A stretch of 63,849 bases of DNA, the filler included, from Polymyxa betae A26-41 (taxonomy: Eukaryota; Protista; Endomyxa: Phytomyxea), in assembly GCA_003693705.1 (NCBI GenBank). It is 5 parts of 5 records of this genome, joined end to end, with 100 filler letters (N's around TTAATTAATTAA, not from the genome) between each part and the next. Parts side by side here need not be neighbours in the genome. Positions count along the whole stretch, not along the records: positions 7,112 to 34,354 come from RBZT01000719.1; positions 34,455 to 38,886 come from RBZT01000890.1; 3 more parts are not named here. One strand, given 5' to 3'. The notes below the pieces were generated by a model. That model had not been told where the DNA came from and did no database searches. It was given only the letters and a program-made list of their open reading frames with translations. Position numbers and translations under genes: made by a program. Positions 24,290-36,662 of the stretch are shown here, piece by piece; the first letter of the stretch is position 1, and each line of letters begins with the position of its first letter.

Positions 24290-25040
24290 CCTTTAAAAGA
24301 TAGAACAGAAAAACGACAGGTCAAGACCGAAAACTCTGCAAGTAGGGATTTACCTATAAAATCACACATGGGTGATTGCAAACATTTAGGCTAGGTCCTG
24401 GGCTCAGCAGTCTCATGCCATCACCGCGCCTTTCGACTAAGGCTGTCGACAGTCACCATGATGGCACGGTGCCATTGAGCCAGAGAACGACAGCCGGGAC
24501 TCAGCACCGAAAACGTGACGGCGAAGGCTCGATGGTCTGAAAGACATCGGTGATGCCCGATCTGGACAGCGGTGTCGGCACAGCCACGAGCGAGACCGCG
24601 GCAGCGCCACCCAGGCCAGGACGATGACGCCAACTCCATAGGTAATCTGGAAAACGGGGTCAGTACGACAATCACAAAAAAATGCAAAACCAACTAATAA
24701 AGATAGAAAATCTTCATAAGCTATCATTGTACAAAATGTAAAAGCCTTCAAATTGATTGAACAGATTAAAAAAGGTAAAGCCGGAAAACTCTGCAAATAG
24801 GGACTTACCTCTAAACAACAACACGTAGGTGACTTGCCAACATTTGGGCCAGGCTCTGGGCTCAGCAGCCTCGTAACATCATGGCGCCTGGCGACAGAAG
24901 GCGGTCGCCAGGCACCATGATGACACTGTGCAATTTAACCAGAGAGCGAGAGCCGAGAATCAGCACCGAAAACGTGACGGCGGGTGACCGAATGTCTGAA
25001 AGACCTCGCTGATGCCACGATCTGGACAGTGGCGCCAGTA
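24290..25040. repeat. Diverged ~455-bp-period tandem duplication with hairpins
   Basis: Shared blocks GAAAACTCTGCAA, CTGGGCTCAGCAG, CAGCACCGAAAACGTGACGGCG and CGATCTGGACAG in both units. Confidence 0.8.
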
Positions 25041-25559
25041 CGTCCATGATCAAGACAGCATCGTCCTCCCGATCAGAACGATGGCTTCGGATCCATAGTC
25101 AGGACCGCGGGTCCAGTGCGACCTCGACCAGGCTGGCACCTCCGACTCCATGACCATCAGACGACAACGGCGCCAAGTTCTTGATTAGATTGGCGCTACC
25201 GGCTAACTCGTTGTTTCGCATCGATGCGATCAGGTAGGTAGAATTGATCGAAATCTAAACGAAGGATCCAGTCACACAACCCGGTTACCACATATCAGAT
25301 TGGATGCTATAATTTTTCAATAAATTCCGTAAATTTATTGATAGCTCTATTGCAAATAAATGCTGGTCTGGATATGCTGAAATTAGCACCCTGATTTCAT
25401 AAGGAAAACAGATTTTCGATGCAGACCCTACATACATTTGACCAACTCCGCCGCAGTTCTAATAAATCTCATGGAAAAAGCAGCCAGGATTCCAAAAGAG
25501 AGGTAATGGCTGGAAACTCGCAGAAATCAGCTGGAAACGCATTCTAAGGCACCCTTGCG

Positions 25560-27850
25560 GAGTTCCGGTGTTCGACCACGACTGAGGTGCACAAAATCGA
25601 ATTAGTGCCGGGAGCCAAGCCCGTGTCGATGCCGCCACAACGCCGCCACCCGACCCTTGAGCAACAAGTCTCGGAGATGGCGGAAAAGCTTCTCCGCGCC
25701 GACATCATCCGCCCTTCACTCAGTCATGGGTAGCAGTCATCGTGCTGACCCGAAAGAAAGACCGAACCTACCGACTCAACGTCGATTACAGACGGCTGAA
25801 CGACCTGACTGTGGCGGATGTATATCCGATACCACGAATCGACGAGGCGTTGGCGGCTATGCTATGTGCAGGCTTCTTTTCGGTCTTCGACATGGCGTCT
25901 GGGTACTGGCAGGTGGCCATGGCCGAAGAACACAAAGCCAGAACTGCTTTCGTGACGCGTGAAGGCCTATTCGAATGGAAGCGCATGCCCTTCTGACTGA
26001 AGCGTGCCCCCCCCGCCACGTATTGCCACTTAACGGGGAAGGTATTGGCCGGTCTTACATACGCGGATTTCTTAGTGTACATGGATGGCGTCTTGTGTTC
26101 TCTAAGACCCTCGACGAACACATGGGGATGTTTGAGCGAATATTCCAACGATTCCAAGACCACGGTTTGACAGTAAACTCGCGGAAAAGATAACTGCGGC
26201 AAAGAAAAGTGACATTTATTGGTCATCAAATCAGCGCAGGGGGCGTGCGTTCCATCTGACAACTAGGTGCGGCTGTCGCATACTCCCCGACCCCCAAAGA
26301 CAAAGCAGCGCTGCGTAATTAACTTGTGCTAGCCTGATACTATATATTCCCACTTCATACAATGATTCGCGGAAATCACAGCGGCATTGACCGACCTGAC
26401 AGCAAAATCGTCGGAATGGCGTTGGGACGAGGAGCATCAGGAGGCCTTCGAAAACGTCAGGAAGCTGTTGACTAACCGCCCGGTATTGCTTCACCCTGAC
26501 TTCACTCGGCCTTTCGAGGTACAGACCGATTACTCCAGTCGAACGTTCGGAGCGGCTCTGAGCCAACGAGACGACAATGACAACGAATATCCAGTGGCGT
26601 GTCCCGTAAATGCAGAGGGATGAAGTCGTACTCTGCTCGACGCGGCGACGCGGTGGCCATCCGGCACGCTTCGAAGAGGAGATGCTTCCTGGAGGGCCAG
26701 CAATTTGTCCTCGAGACAAATCTTAGGCCGCTAGAATTCTTCCGGATTGAGACAGACTATGCACAATTATGCCGGATCTGGGAAGCAATGGAGGCGTTCG
26801 ATTACGTGATCCGCTACAAAAAAGGAAAAACAAATCAGAACGCGGATGCTCTGAGCAGAATGGAGGAGTATAAACACGATGCCTGACAGCCAGTCCGTGA
26901 AGACAAACTGACGGAGACCTCGGACTCCGGCAGCAGCAGCGATTCGGTTCCAGACGTGAGCGCAGTATTCAGAAGTAACATCGGGCTGGGACCTGATGAT
27001 GAGAAGTTAGCAGCGGACCTACGGCATCGGCAGCAAAAAGATCCGACATGGAGACCGGCAATAGCTGCAATAGAAGCTGGATTGGAGCCTGATCTCAGAG
27101 GCCCCAAGGCGATCCGGCTGGATGCGAATGGAGAGCTGATGAAGCAGGCCAGGGACCGGCGACCGGATGACGAATCTCGGTACCAGATTTGCATTTCAGA
27201 ATTTTCCAGAGCGCAGCGTTCTACGGAGACTGCGACGACCTGATGGGCGCCCACTTCGGCGTGCCACCGACACTGGAGCGCCTGCAAATTAACAGCTACT
27301 GGCAGGCAAATGGCTGACGCCGTCAGACGACAAGTCCAAAATTACATCCCCAGCCAACAAGATAAGCTCAGCTTCCCGAGAAGACAGGCCTTGATGACAT
27401 AGTTCAGCAAGGAAGAGGCATCTGAGCCAGGGCGACCGTACACATAGACCACGTGACCAAGCTGCCGAGGACCTCACGCGGCAATCAACACACTTTAACT
27501 GCAACGTATCGGGTAACCCATGGGATAATCTTCATTCCTGTCAAGAGCCTCGGCAATGGAGTCAGACGAGGCGTTAATTCAGAACGTGTTCTTAACCCAC
27601 GGATTTCCCCGGAAGTTAGTGGCCGAGCGCAGCACATCGTGGCGTAACCAGCTATGGCACTCAGCGAAGTGTTCGGATTACTCATGGCGATGACGGTGGC
27701 GTACCGAGCGCAGGTAAACGGCATGGCGGGGCGCAGGCACCGATACCTGAACTAGTTCCTGCGGACGAGGCGGACGACGATAAGCCTCGTTGGAATCGTC
27801 TTCTCGGATTCTTAACCTTTTCCAGTATCGCGTAGTCGACGATGATCGCA
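25560..27850 (+). pseudogene. pol: Decayed Ty3/Gypsy pol (RT, RNase H, integrase)
   Basis: RKKDRTYRLNVDYRRLN, FDMASGYWQ, KTAF-like and RMPF, VYMDG, HPDFTRPFEVQTDYS, YKKGKTNQNADALSR. Confidence 0.9.
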
Positions 27851-28099
27851 GCAGCTTCGAATCCTACCACGCCAGCGACATCGAATCGGCCGACGATGAT
27901 AGCGAAGATGATGGCGGCGGGGCCACCTAGCCGGCGGCGTTCAACCAGAGCGGCGATGGTGCGAATCGGAAGTCCACACGAAGGGTGCGATTTGTGGACT
28001 GGGGGGATGTGTATACATGGTGATTTAAAAGGGCGTCATTCCCACTCTTGCGATGAAGATAGCGAAATCAACTTGTCTTTTGTCATTAATAGAAGCGAT

Positions 28100-31000
28100 T
28101 AAAATTCCTACTCATCGCTTCTGCCTTCAATTCTTGCATTCTTCAGGGCTTTCCTAAAGAATTTCACCCCATGCGTGTTGAACTCCAACCTGCTACCCTG
28201 GTCGTGGAGCCTGGCGCGACTCATGGCCACACACACCAGACAGCGCAACACTACATAACGCCCACAGGGACACAGTGATGCCAACAGTGCCAACAGCTTG
28301 CATGGTAAGTCCGTGGCGGAGTTTATTGCTTAAATGACTGTGACCTCTTCTATGATTCATATAAAATGGCAATCGAGCCCAAAATACATTCATCATCAAT
28401 TTACTCTCTTCCTGCAACGTATTCCTTGCTATCATCTAATCTTTTTATTAAGAGCCGGGTCCTTCAGCCCTGCTGTCCAACAAGGCGAACCCTCGCTTAC
28501 ACTTATGTAAATATATTTTGGACTGAAAATTTGAAGTTAAAAACAAAACAAAATGGAGATGGGAGTAGTAATTTAGCCTCTTACGGAGTATATATGAATT
28601 GAATATAGCAAGAAAACATTTTACTATGAATTTTGGACCGCAGCATCCAATTGCTGACGGAATTTTATTGATAGTTTTAGAATTAGATGGGGAAAAATTG
28701 TTCGAAGATAACAACGCTCAGTGCCTGTCTTTCACCTTCAGGCGGGTCGAAATTACATAAGGCTCAGATACAAAAGATCATACCAATCTGTAAATAATCG
28801 GCTGTCAGTACAACTCGAAAACTTTCTATATCATTTGATGAATCGTCGCCATCACCATCGCCGGTATCGCCAAATGTCCAGAGCCTGGTTGAGCTCAGAG
28901 AGAATCGAGTGTGGACTGTGGTATTCATACCTGCAAGGCAAGACGGCATGAGATGTGATTAAACATCATTTTTGTGAATGAGTTACCTGAAACAAGATAC
29001 TGCCACTTGCTCTGTGTAGTTTCTTATCCTGTTGACGGATTGTCCCCGGGTTGCATGGTTCATAAACTGGCCGTTCTCATGAACCTTTCCGACCAGAAAT
29101 TCCAAGACGTTCCTGTCAATGGGCCAAGATCTTCCAGTATGTGCGACACTAGATGTAAGGAGAAATGGACTGGAAGGGTTAAGAGCCTGTTCCAAGTGAA
29201 AAAATGCGATAAAAAATGCGGAAATTAAAAAAAATGCGGTCCAGGTATGACATCCGAAAAATGCTGAAAATGACTGTATTTAAATGAGGTAATTAATGAG
29301 ATCGTGAGTTCTGCGAATTGCGTGGCGCCATAGGGATTGTTATAATATCACATTTAATTGAAAATCAGGTTGCGGAGCTCATTTTCAATAAATGTGATGC
29401 TAAAAATAGAGCGCAAATCTGATTGGCGGGTTGCTCATTTATTTTCCGCATTTTTCCACTTGGAGCAGGCTCTAACAGCATGCTTGGAATTTGCTCTAGA
29501 GGCAGAAATTAGAGACGAATATTCGCGTGGAGAGATATTTACCTCTTCCAACTTTGCGCATCTTGGGGAGCTGCGACCGCTTGATGATCAAGCAAAAACA
29601 TTCTGATAACCTGTCAAAGAATTGATAAAGAGACGCTTAGAATTGTGCTGCCACAGTTTCTGTTGCAAAATGTCCCTTGGTCAAGAATTTGAGTAAATCG
29701 TGTAGCATCATATGCCATTGTGCATTTGTAACCAGAGCTTTCGACGAAATGTAAGAGTGGAATAACTCTGGCGACTCTGAATAATGGATAAGCTCTGAAG
29801 CAGAATTCGATGCAGGCGAACTTACTCTCAGGAATCCTTAGACACTGCAACCGTCTTGAGATTTCCGCACGACTGCCTTTTTTGAGCGCCAAAGGCATTG
29901 GTGCTAAATCGTCCCACACTTGTGGCTGCCGGTTCAACCTCTGTTCTGCATCTCGAGCGCCATTTCAAATACCAGTCCAGAACCTCCAGCCTCACAATCC
30001 AGGGCATCTATGAGCGTTCTCGCCCTATTCTGACAATGCAAAATTACATGATTATCAATGCTTACAAGCAATCAGAGCGAATGTACGCCCCGATGATGCA
30101 TAAAATCAGTCTTAAAATGGCGACTGGCATCCCATCCACTTTCCAAATGTTTTGATAGAGCATCAAGTCCATAATATCCCGTTCGCTTATATGGATGATT
30201 CGGGTCTTTTGTGATGTCATAAGGTTTGTAATTTGCAAGGTCGACGTCGGGATTGGCCGTAAAATCCTGCATCCTCTGTTCTTGCTTTTTTGCCTCACAG
30301 CTTTCAGCTTCGACTCCTGTTATCTCTTATAGTATATACAACAACGTATCACAGTAATACCTGAGATGTGAATATCTCTTTTGCTAAAGACCGTCGGGGC
30401 TTTAGACTTTGAATCAAATCCCATTATGTTGGGTAAGCTGATCGACTTGCGTAGAGGATGGTGTGTGGGCAGAAATCTATAAGAACCGAGTCGGCAAGTA
30501 CGCCGGAAAAATCTGACACCTTCCATCTTGCAAATACATGCACAAATCTTGCTAGAGGATCCGGCTTTTCTTACAGCTTTGGCCCAAGCTGGAAGGTCTG
30601 CCATGATAAACATGAGCTTCAACTTTATCTGAGCACAAATCATATTTCATCAAAAGGGATGGTTTCGTGAATACCTTTATCAACCTCCTACGTGATGAAT
30701 CGTATACGAGCAATCCCTGACGATTCACGAAGTTCAGTTCGTAAGCAATCGACTGAAAGAACGCTTGGCTGGAAAAATATGAGCAGGAAGTCATTAAAAC
30801 AGATGAAGGTTTGCATCTTGATGTCGGAGGCAGCGTCAAGTAGGAAAACAAATGTGGCCTTACTGATATCGCTGACGAATTATGAATTCTAGCTCCATCA
30901 TAGCTGTGAGACAGAGCGATTATGATGGGCACAATATCTAAAAGATGAATTACATGTTTTGAAATGGAACGAATGCTGAGTACTTGGAGAAGATTCGTTC

Positions 31001-31787
31001 ATGTTGTCGATTTCAGCCAAATGGAATGGCAGATAAGTATCTTAGAAGAGGTTTCCGTGCATCCAATCAGTCATTACCTCTTCTTTGTTTCCGCTTTCAA
31101 CAAATTTTTTGACGTTATGGCATACGTTTCTATACCCTTCCCAAAACAAGTTCGCAATTGCAGGAAAAGCAATCCTCATCTAAAGGTATATGAGCATGCA
31201 GCTTAACCCTAGTAAACATTACTTGAATATCGTACGAAGGTGGCCAGTATAAGAATTTGGAGTTGGCTCTTGTACTTAAGCAATGAGGACATTTGTCAGC
31301 TTTCTCCAGATCGAGAACATAAACGCAATGGCCTTGAGGACAAGACTCCAATTTCATTGGTTCAAGAGCCAGAAAAATGTCCGTTAACACAGAGCGTTTA
31401 GCTTCTTTCCAAGTGGAGGGAAACTTGTGATATAGCGGCACAGGTTCTCCAGTAGAAGTATCAGGCTTGGTAGACACCTCCTGATGAAATAAGTTAACAA
31501 ATTCGTCAAATCCTTTGCTCTTAACGCTTGTTCGTAATCGTAAGTCGGCAAATTGCATTAGCTTGATCTTTATCTTATCCAAATGTTCCATGCTGTTGAT
31601 CTCTAATTCAGCGAGTTGGTTGATGTGGATGTGTGGTAGCGCTTGCAGCATCGCTCTTGTGCTGTTCATTATCTTGGCAATGACGCGATCAAATTTGAAT
31701 TCAAGATCTTCTAGGGGATCGAAATGTCGTTCACTCGATTGAAAGAACAGGTCATTCGGTGCTGTTGAATGTTGAGAGCTACCATCT
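28100..31787 (-). pseudogene. CACTA/EnSpm-type (Tnp2-like) transposase relic
   Basis: SCPQGHCVY…KCPHCLSTR, ALSHSYDG…SVRP, ADLPAWAK…CACIC, DFMH. Many stops; TIRs not identified. Confidence 0.7.
29183..29472. mobile_element. Tourist-like (PIF/Harbinger) MITE, 290 bp
   Basis: TIR GAGCCTG(T/C)TCCAAGTG(A/G)AAAAATGCG; TSD TAA at 29180-29182 and 29473-29475. Confidence 0.92.
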
Positions 31788-31939
31788 TGTTACGTAGTGC
31801 AACGTTCACGGACTTATTGACCCAACATAAACACGTCTTCAACGGCCAGATCGCCAGATCTGTTTCGTGATTGTACCAATCACGTCCCTAGTCACTTGTC
31901 TTTTCGTCGTCAGCTCCTGCTAACCCTGTTCCCCTGCCC

Positions 31940-33001
31940 ATGTCCCAGGAAGTACCTCCTGACCCAGCCCTAGCCCCGCTGCCAGATGGCGACTTTCCAG
32001 CGTTCCCCACTGATTTGCGACAGATTCTCCTGCAGCAACAGCAATTGATGGAACACATTGTAACGCGATCGACGGCACCCGCTACTGACACTTTGTCACG
32101 CGAAGCCAAAGCCCGTCTACCCGACCCGTTCGACGGCAAAGCCGAGTCCGTTCGAGGATTTATTAACCAGGTTATGATGGTGATTCAGCAACAGCCGATT
32201 ACATATGCATCTGATCAGTCAAGAGTATTGTTAGTCGGCAGTCTGCTGACAGGAGCTGCACGTGAATGGTTTAATCCCTACTTTGAGGCTCAGGACCCAC
32301 AGGTTGTGTTCAACTTCGCGAACTTCGTTACACTGTTTCGCGCTCGATTCGATGACCCAAACCGGGCGGCAAATGCGGCCGATCAGTTAGATCGCGTCAG
32401 TCAAGGAAGCCGAAGCGTTATGGATTACGCTTGCCAGTTCCAGCATCTGGTTGCTGACGCGGGCTACAATGATGTCGCCGCGCGCCATTCATTCTTAAGA
32501 GGCCTAAGACCAGAGATCCAGAACCTTCTATTAACGGTACCGGTGGCAGCGACGTTGGCGCAACTCATTTCGGATGCGCTGCGCATCGACCAACGCCTCC
32601 AGCAGCATCGACTGAACCAAGCACCGAGACAACCAGCGCTATTTACTCAAATACAAGGAACACGATTTCAGCCGCACCCACGCTTCGTGAATTATCCGAG
32701 CCGTCCACCTGTCACCTCAACTATCCGACCTCGGATCGCACCAGTGCCTCAACAGCCGGTGCCTATGCAGCTTGACGCTGCGACGGTGGAACCTGGGAGC
32801 CCGTTTGAAGAGACAATCCCCAATGTGAATGTGAACGCGGTGCTTACAGGGCAGCCGCGTCCGCCACTAACACCTGAAGAGAAGCATCGTCGTCGTGTCA
32901 ACAATTTGTCTCTCTATTGCGGACAACCAGGTCATATTGCAGCTGCTCACAACTTTCATCGTCGTCAGGTTCCGGGAAATCCCGAGGGGCATCGCCAGTA
33001 A
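31940..33001 (+). CDS. gag: Ty3/Gypsy gag (intact ORF, degenerate knuckle)
   Basis: LPDPFDGK…RGFI, SLLTGAAREWF, QGSRSVMDY, FLRGL, PVPMQLD, NLSLYCGQPGH. Confidence 0.92.
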   Translation: MSQEVPPDPALAPLPDGDFPAFPTDLRQILLQQQQLMEHIVTRSTAPATDTLSREAKARLPDPFDGKAESVRGFINQVMMVIQQQPITYASDQSRVLLVGSLLTGAAREWFNPYFEAQDPQVVFNFANFVTLFRARFDDPNRAANAADQLDRVSQGSRSVMDYACQFQHLVADAGYNDVAARHSFLRGLRPEIQNLLLTVPVAATLAQLISDALRIDQRLQQHRLNQAPRQPALFTQIQGTRFQPHPRFVNYPSRPPVTSTIRPRIAPVPQQPVPMQLDAATVEPGSPFEETIPNVNVNAVLTGQPRPPLTPEEKHRRRVNNLSLYCGQPGHIAAAHNFHRRQVPGNPEGHRQ

Positions 33002-34354
33002 GGCGGTTGACGGTGCCCACTATCGAATACTCTTGCTTATCGAATACAAGAGAATCTTCGTTTAAGAATCCGCCTAATCTGCTGATCTCAGCAACCGTTA
33101 TCAGTAATGATACCCCTGCGAAGATGATGACTCCGCCATGTCGAATCAATTGGCCGACGTTGGTTGCACAGACCCATGTACATGCTTTCATCGATTGCGG
33201 CGCTTCAGCACTGTTTATGGATCGTAGCTTCGCCGACCAGTACAGCGTATGGTCTCGACCGCTACAACAGCCTATTACCGTGACTGTCATTAACGGGAAA
33301 CAATTCTCGATAACCGATGAGACAATCGAGCTTGAGCTGCAGGTTTCCGATGTGTCGTTCAAGTCAAGCTTCTATTTGATCGACCATCCCAAGTACCCCA
33401 TTGTTCTTGGGATGACATCCTTACAACAGCTTAACCCGTTCATTGATTAGAAGAAGCAACAGTTGTCGAGGAGAGCGGAGAGAGCCTTGACCGAACGCCG
33501 CATTCAATCACCAACCATAACAACCTTGTGCCTGAAGCAGGAGTAGTAAACGCTGGTGAACTCGAGGCCGCCGGTATCAACCTCCGGGATCACTTAGGCC
33601 TACGTGAAGTGGACCACAAACGCGAGATCGTTGAAGTTGGGTCACCAAGCAAAACCCTTGAAGAAGGCGACCCAGAGAAACCAGCTATCTCCCTACCTCA
33701 GAAATATGCCTAGTATGCCGACGTTTTCTCGAAGGAAGGTGCAGACCAGCTACCGCAGGACCGACCCGGGGTTGACATAGCCATCAACCTGGAGCAGGAC
33801 CATCCGTTGCCCCCCTATATGCCGCCATATTCAACGTCGGTGAAGGAAGATGAAGTGCTCCGCGAATACCTGAGAGAAAACTTGTCTAAAGGATCCATTC
33901 GGGCGTCGGGATCGCCGTTAGGCGCCCCAAATCCTATTCGTTCGAAAGAAGGATGGAGGACTTCGCCTTTGTGTTGATTACCGGTTACTGAATAATGCGA
34001 CAAAGCGGGAGCCTAACCCGATGCCAGTAGTCAATGACCTGCTTCAACGTCTCGCGTGTGCCAAGGCGTTTTCCAAAATCGATCTTAGAGGGGCCTACAA
34101 CTTGGTCAGGATCCAAGAAGGTGACGAATGGAAGACAGCGTTCACTTGTAAATATGGTCACTTTGAGTACCAGGTCATGCCGTTTGGACTCAAGAATGCT
34201 CCTGCAGCGTTCCAACGGCTAATGCATGACATTTTCCGTGATCATCTGGATCAGTTCATAGTGGTCTACCTTGACGACATCTTGATATACTCCAAAGATT
34301 CGTTCGAGCACGACCGTCACGTGAAAATCGCTCTCCAGACGCTGAGGAAGCATG
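32974..34354 (+). pseudogene. pol: Gypsy pol (protease, RT) in the -1 frame, truncated by the contig end
   Basis: [42 protein letters not shown]; slippery G GGA AAT at 32974-32980. Confidence 0.92.
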
Positions 34355-34454
34355 NNNNNNNNNNNNNNNNNNNNNNNNNNNNNNNNNNNNNNNNNNNNTT
34401 AATTAATTAANNNNNNNNNNNNNNNNNNNNNNNNNNNNNNNNNNNNNNNNNNNN

Positions 34455-35420
34455 CAGCCCTATGATTGTCGGTTGGAACACTCCTATTCAGAATACAAAT
34501 TGGAAAGTGGCCGATTATACTTGGCTAATTTAAAATTTTTTATCTGCCCGTCAGGTTTCAAGTTCGCATCCAGTTTGATTTCTGTAAGGCCACAAAACGA
34601 ATTGATGTTTAAATTGTCAATTGCGTGGTTGTTATCTAAGCATTGTTTGAGAATACAGCAATCAACACTGTTGCGATCGAATCCGAATTGAATAAACCAA
34701 CAGCAGTTCGATTTTCCGTTCATGCTTTCGCAGCCGTTACCGGCGCCTTTGTAATTGTAATAGATCTTCCCTCGCTGTTAAATTTCGAATTAGGGCCATG
34801 TACAGGATGAGGATGAGAGTCAATGAATCTGTGCGCATTGACTGCCACCACAAAACCAGAAGTTCGGGACAGTTCTCGGACGCATCCCACTAGCAGTTCG
34901 CCAGAGCTGAAGCGCTTGCCAACTTCAAACTGGTTCTGATCGGTTGAAGAAAATTTTCAGATCGTGACCGTGATCGTCTTCGTCATCCTCGATCGCTACC
35001 GAATTCTCCTCGCAGATGCTCTGGCAGTCTTCCAAGAACTCATCCATTCGTTTTTGAAAATTGTTTTCATCTTTATAAAATATATGCTCTTGCACTCCTG
35101 ATGCAGGATCCGCAAAATCTGCAGTCGTGGCATTCGGTAAATCGTTCTGCGGCTGCGACTTTTCCCCGTTCCTTGCCACATTGCCCCCAGTCCAAAATCT
35201 CCAGAAAGAGTTCACTATAAAGTTGTTCTCACGGACACGAGCTAGGTTTCAGGCGATTATTGGTGCAAGGGCGGCAGGATTCACTTCGATTTCCACTAAA
35301 TTAAGACAGCGAGAAGATCCATACAAAGAGTAGTGGATTGAGGCCGCGCTGTCCACTAGTGGATAGCTGTGACGAGGGTGTCCACTAGGGGACAGCGCGG
35401 CCTCTATCCACTAGTGGACA
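34455..35420 (-). mobile_element. 5' part of a second MULE-like element (N-terminal domain plus palindromic terminus)
   Basis: Reverse frames GKRFSSGELL…TSGFVVAVNAH…GKIYY…CCWFIQFGFD…NNH resemble the N-terminus of the 14.6-kb MULE (TGFSLARKAH…RGYFYC…CPF.IPFTFD…HNH). Confidence 0.55.
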
Positions 35421-35498
35421 AAACGTTCCACCGGCGAGAGATCGAGAAAGAGGATACATACCAAGAGACGTGAGGTCTTTATGTTTTTGCCTGTACTA

Positions 35499-36502
35499 CA
35501 GGCCTCTTTATTTTTGGTTTTACCAAATTTAATAAAAATAAGCTAATTTTGGTACATTTATGGATCTTATTTTGTTTAATTTTGGTATTTCTATTTTGCT
35601 TAAGGTTCTGTTTATAAGCAACATGCAGCGGTCGAAATCCGTCAATTTCAGCTGTTGGAGCTGATCTAACTGCTTAGCTTGCAAAGCGCCTTCTAATACA
35701 ATGTCTGATAATGACTCCCGATTCTCATTCTTCTCCCATCCCACGACTGAAAAATCGGTTTCGACAGAATAAGTATTCAGAAATACTGTAAACAAGGCCC
35801 GGCAAACGACTAAAGTGTCGAAAATCGTCCATTATACAAGAGCATTGATATTCAAGTGTTTCTCGAACTGATCAACGTCGCAACACTGCTCAATTGCCTA
35901 TTGCAATGCTGTGTCATTTTCCTCAGCCTTAAACAATGTCGTTTCTCAGATGTGATTCGATGTAGACAGTCGCGAAACGTTTTCGGTATCTCTCCAGCAA
36001 TGGACCGAAATCTCTGCCCCGTAACTTGCATAAGAATCGTGGAAAACGAAGGGAAGTCATCTTCGATCGGGCGATTTTCTGCGTCCCTCATCGTACACAT
36101 ATTACTTACGCGATCTACGAGCGCAGCGATCGATTGAGATCTTGATTCTGTTTGTCTGTTTTCGAGCTCGGGTTTCCCCAGAGTCATATTTTCCGAAATA
36201 CACACAAAACTGCAACGAACCGAGACGATTTGCTTGGTAGCTGGGTCAATATGCATGACCTTGAGGCCATATTTCAATTCATGATCAGGCTGAAACGGAG
36301 TTCGGCTCTTTGGGAATGAATTGACTGGGTGAGATGACTGCAAAAAAGCCAGGTAGACAGCTACACGGCAACCTCTCCACATACCACGCAGTCCTTGAAA
36401 AAAATCCATATCATATTGAACTTTTCTTTTTGGTAAATTTTCAAACCCTATTTTCGTTAATTCTGGTAACTATTAATAGATTACCAAAATTAAGGAGGCC
36501 TG
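35499..36502 (-). mobile_element. hAT-type deletion derivative (1004 bp)
   Basis: 20-bp TIR CAGGCCTC(T/C)TTA(T/A)TTTTGGT; 8-bp TSD CTGTACTA at 35491-35498 and 36503-36510. Remnants FQPDHELKYG…DPAT…SVRC and TVFLNTYSVETDFSVVGWEK. Confidence 0.9.
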
Positions 36503-36662
36503 CTGTACTAACAAATATTCTGCGAGATTAAACTGTGAGCGCGCAGCCCAGCGCAGCCCGGACGCTGAGGCTCGGGCCCGCACTTTTTCACTAACGCTAG
36601 ACACAACCTCGCTCTCATTCATATCGCTTGCTCACTCTAACACCTCCTATTTCGCTCTAAAG

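Noticed and set aside
24500-25030. Hammerhead ribozyme (retrozyme) in the tandem units
   Set aside because: No intact CTGANGA…GAAA core with flanking stems could be assembled; kept only as a generic structured-RNA candidate.
25230-25550. Possible DNA-transposon end before the Gypsy pol (…GGAAACGCATTC-TAA)
   Set aside because: No partner TIR or TSD found.
31788-31939. 5' LTR and PBS of the 31.9-kb Gypsy (includes hairpin CGTGATTG-TAC-CAATCACG)
   Set aside because: Starts with TGTTACG but there is no matching CA terminus or second copy; boundaries cannot be supported.
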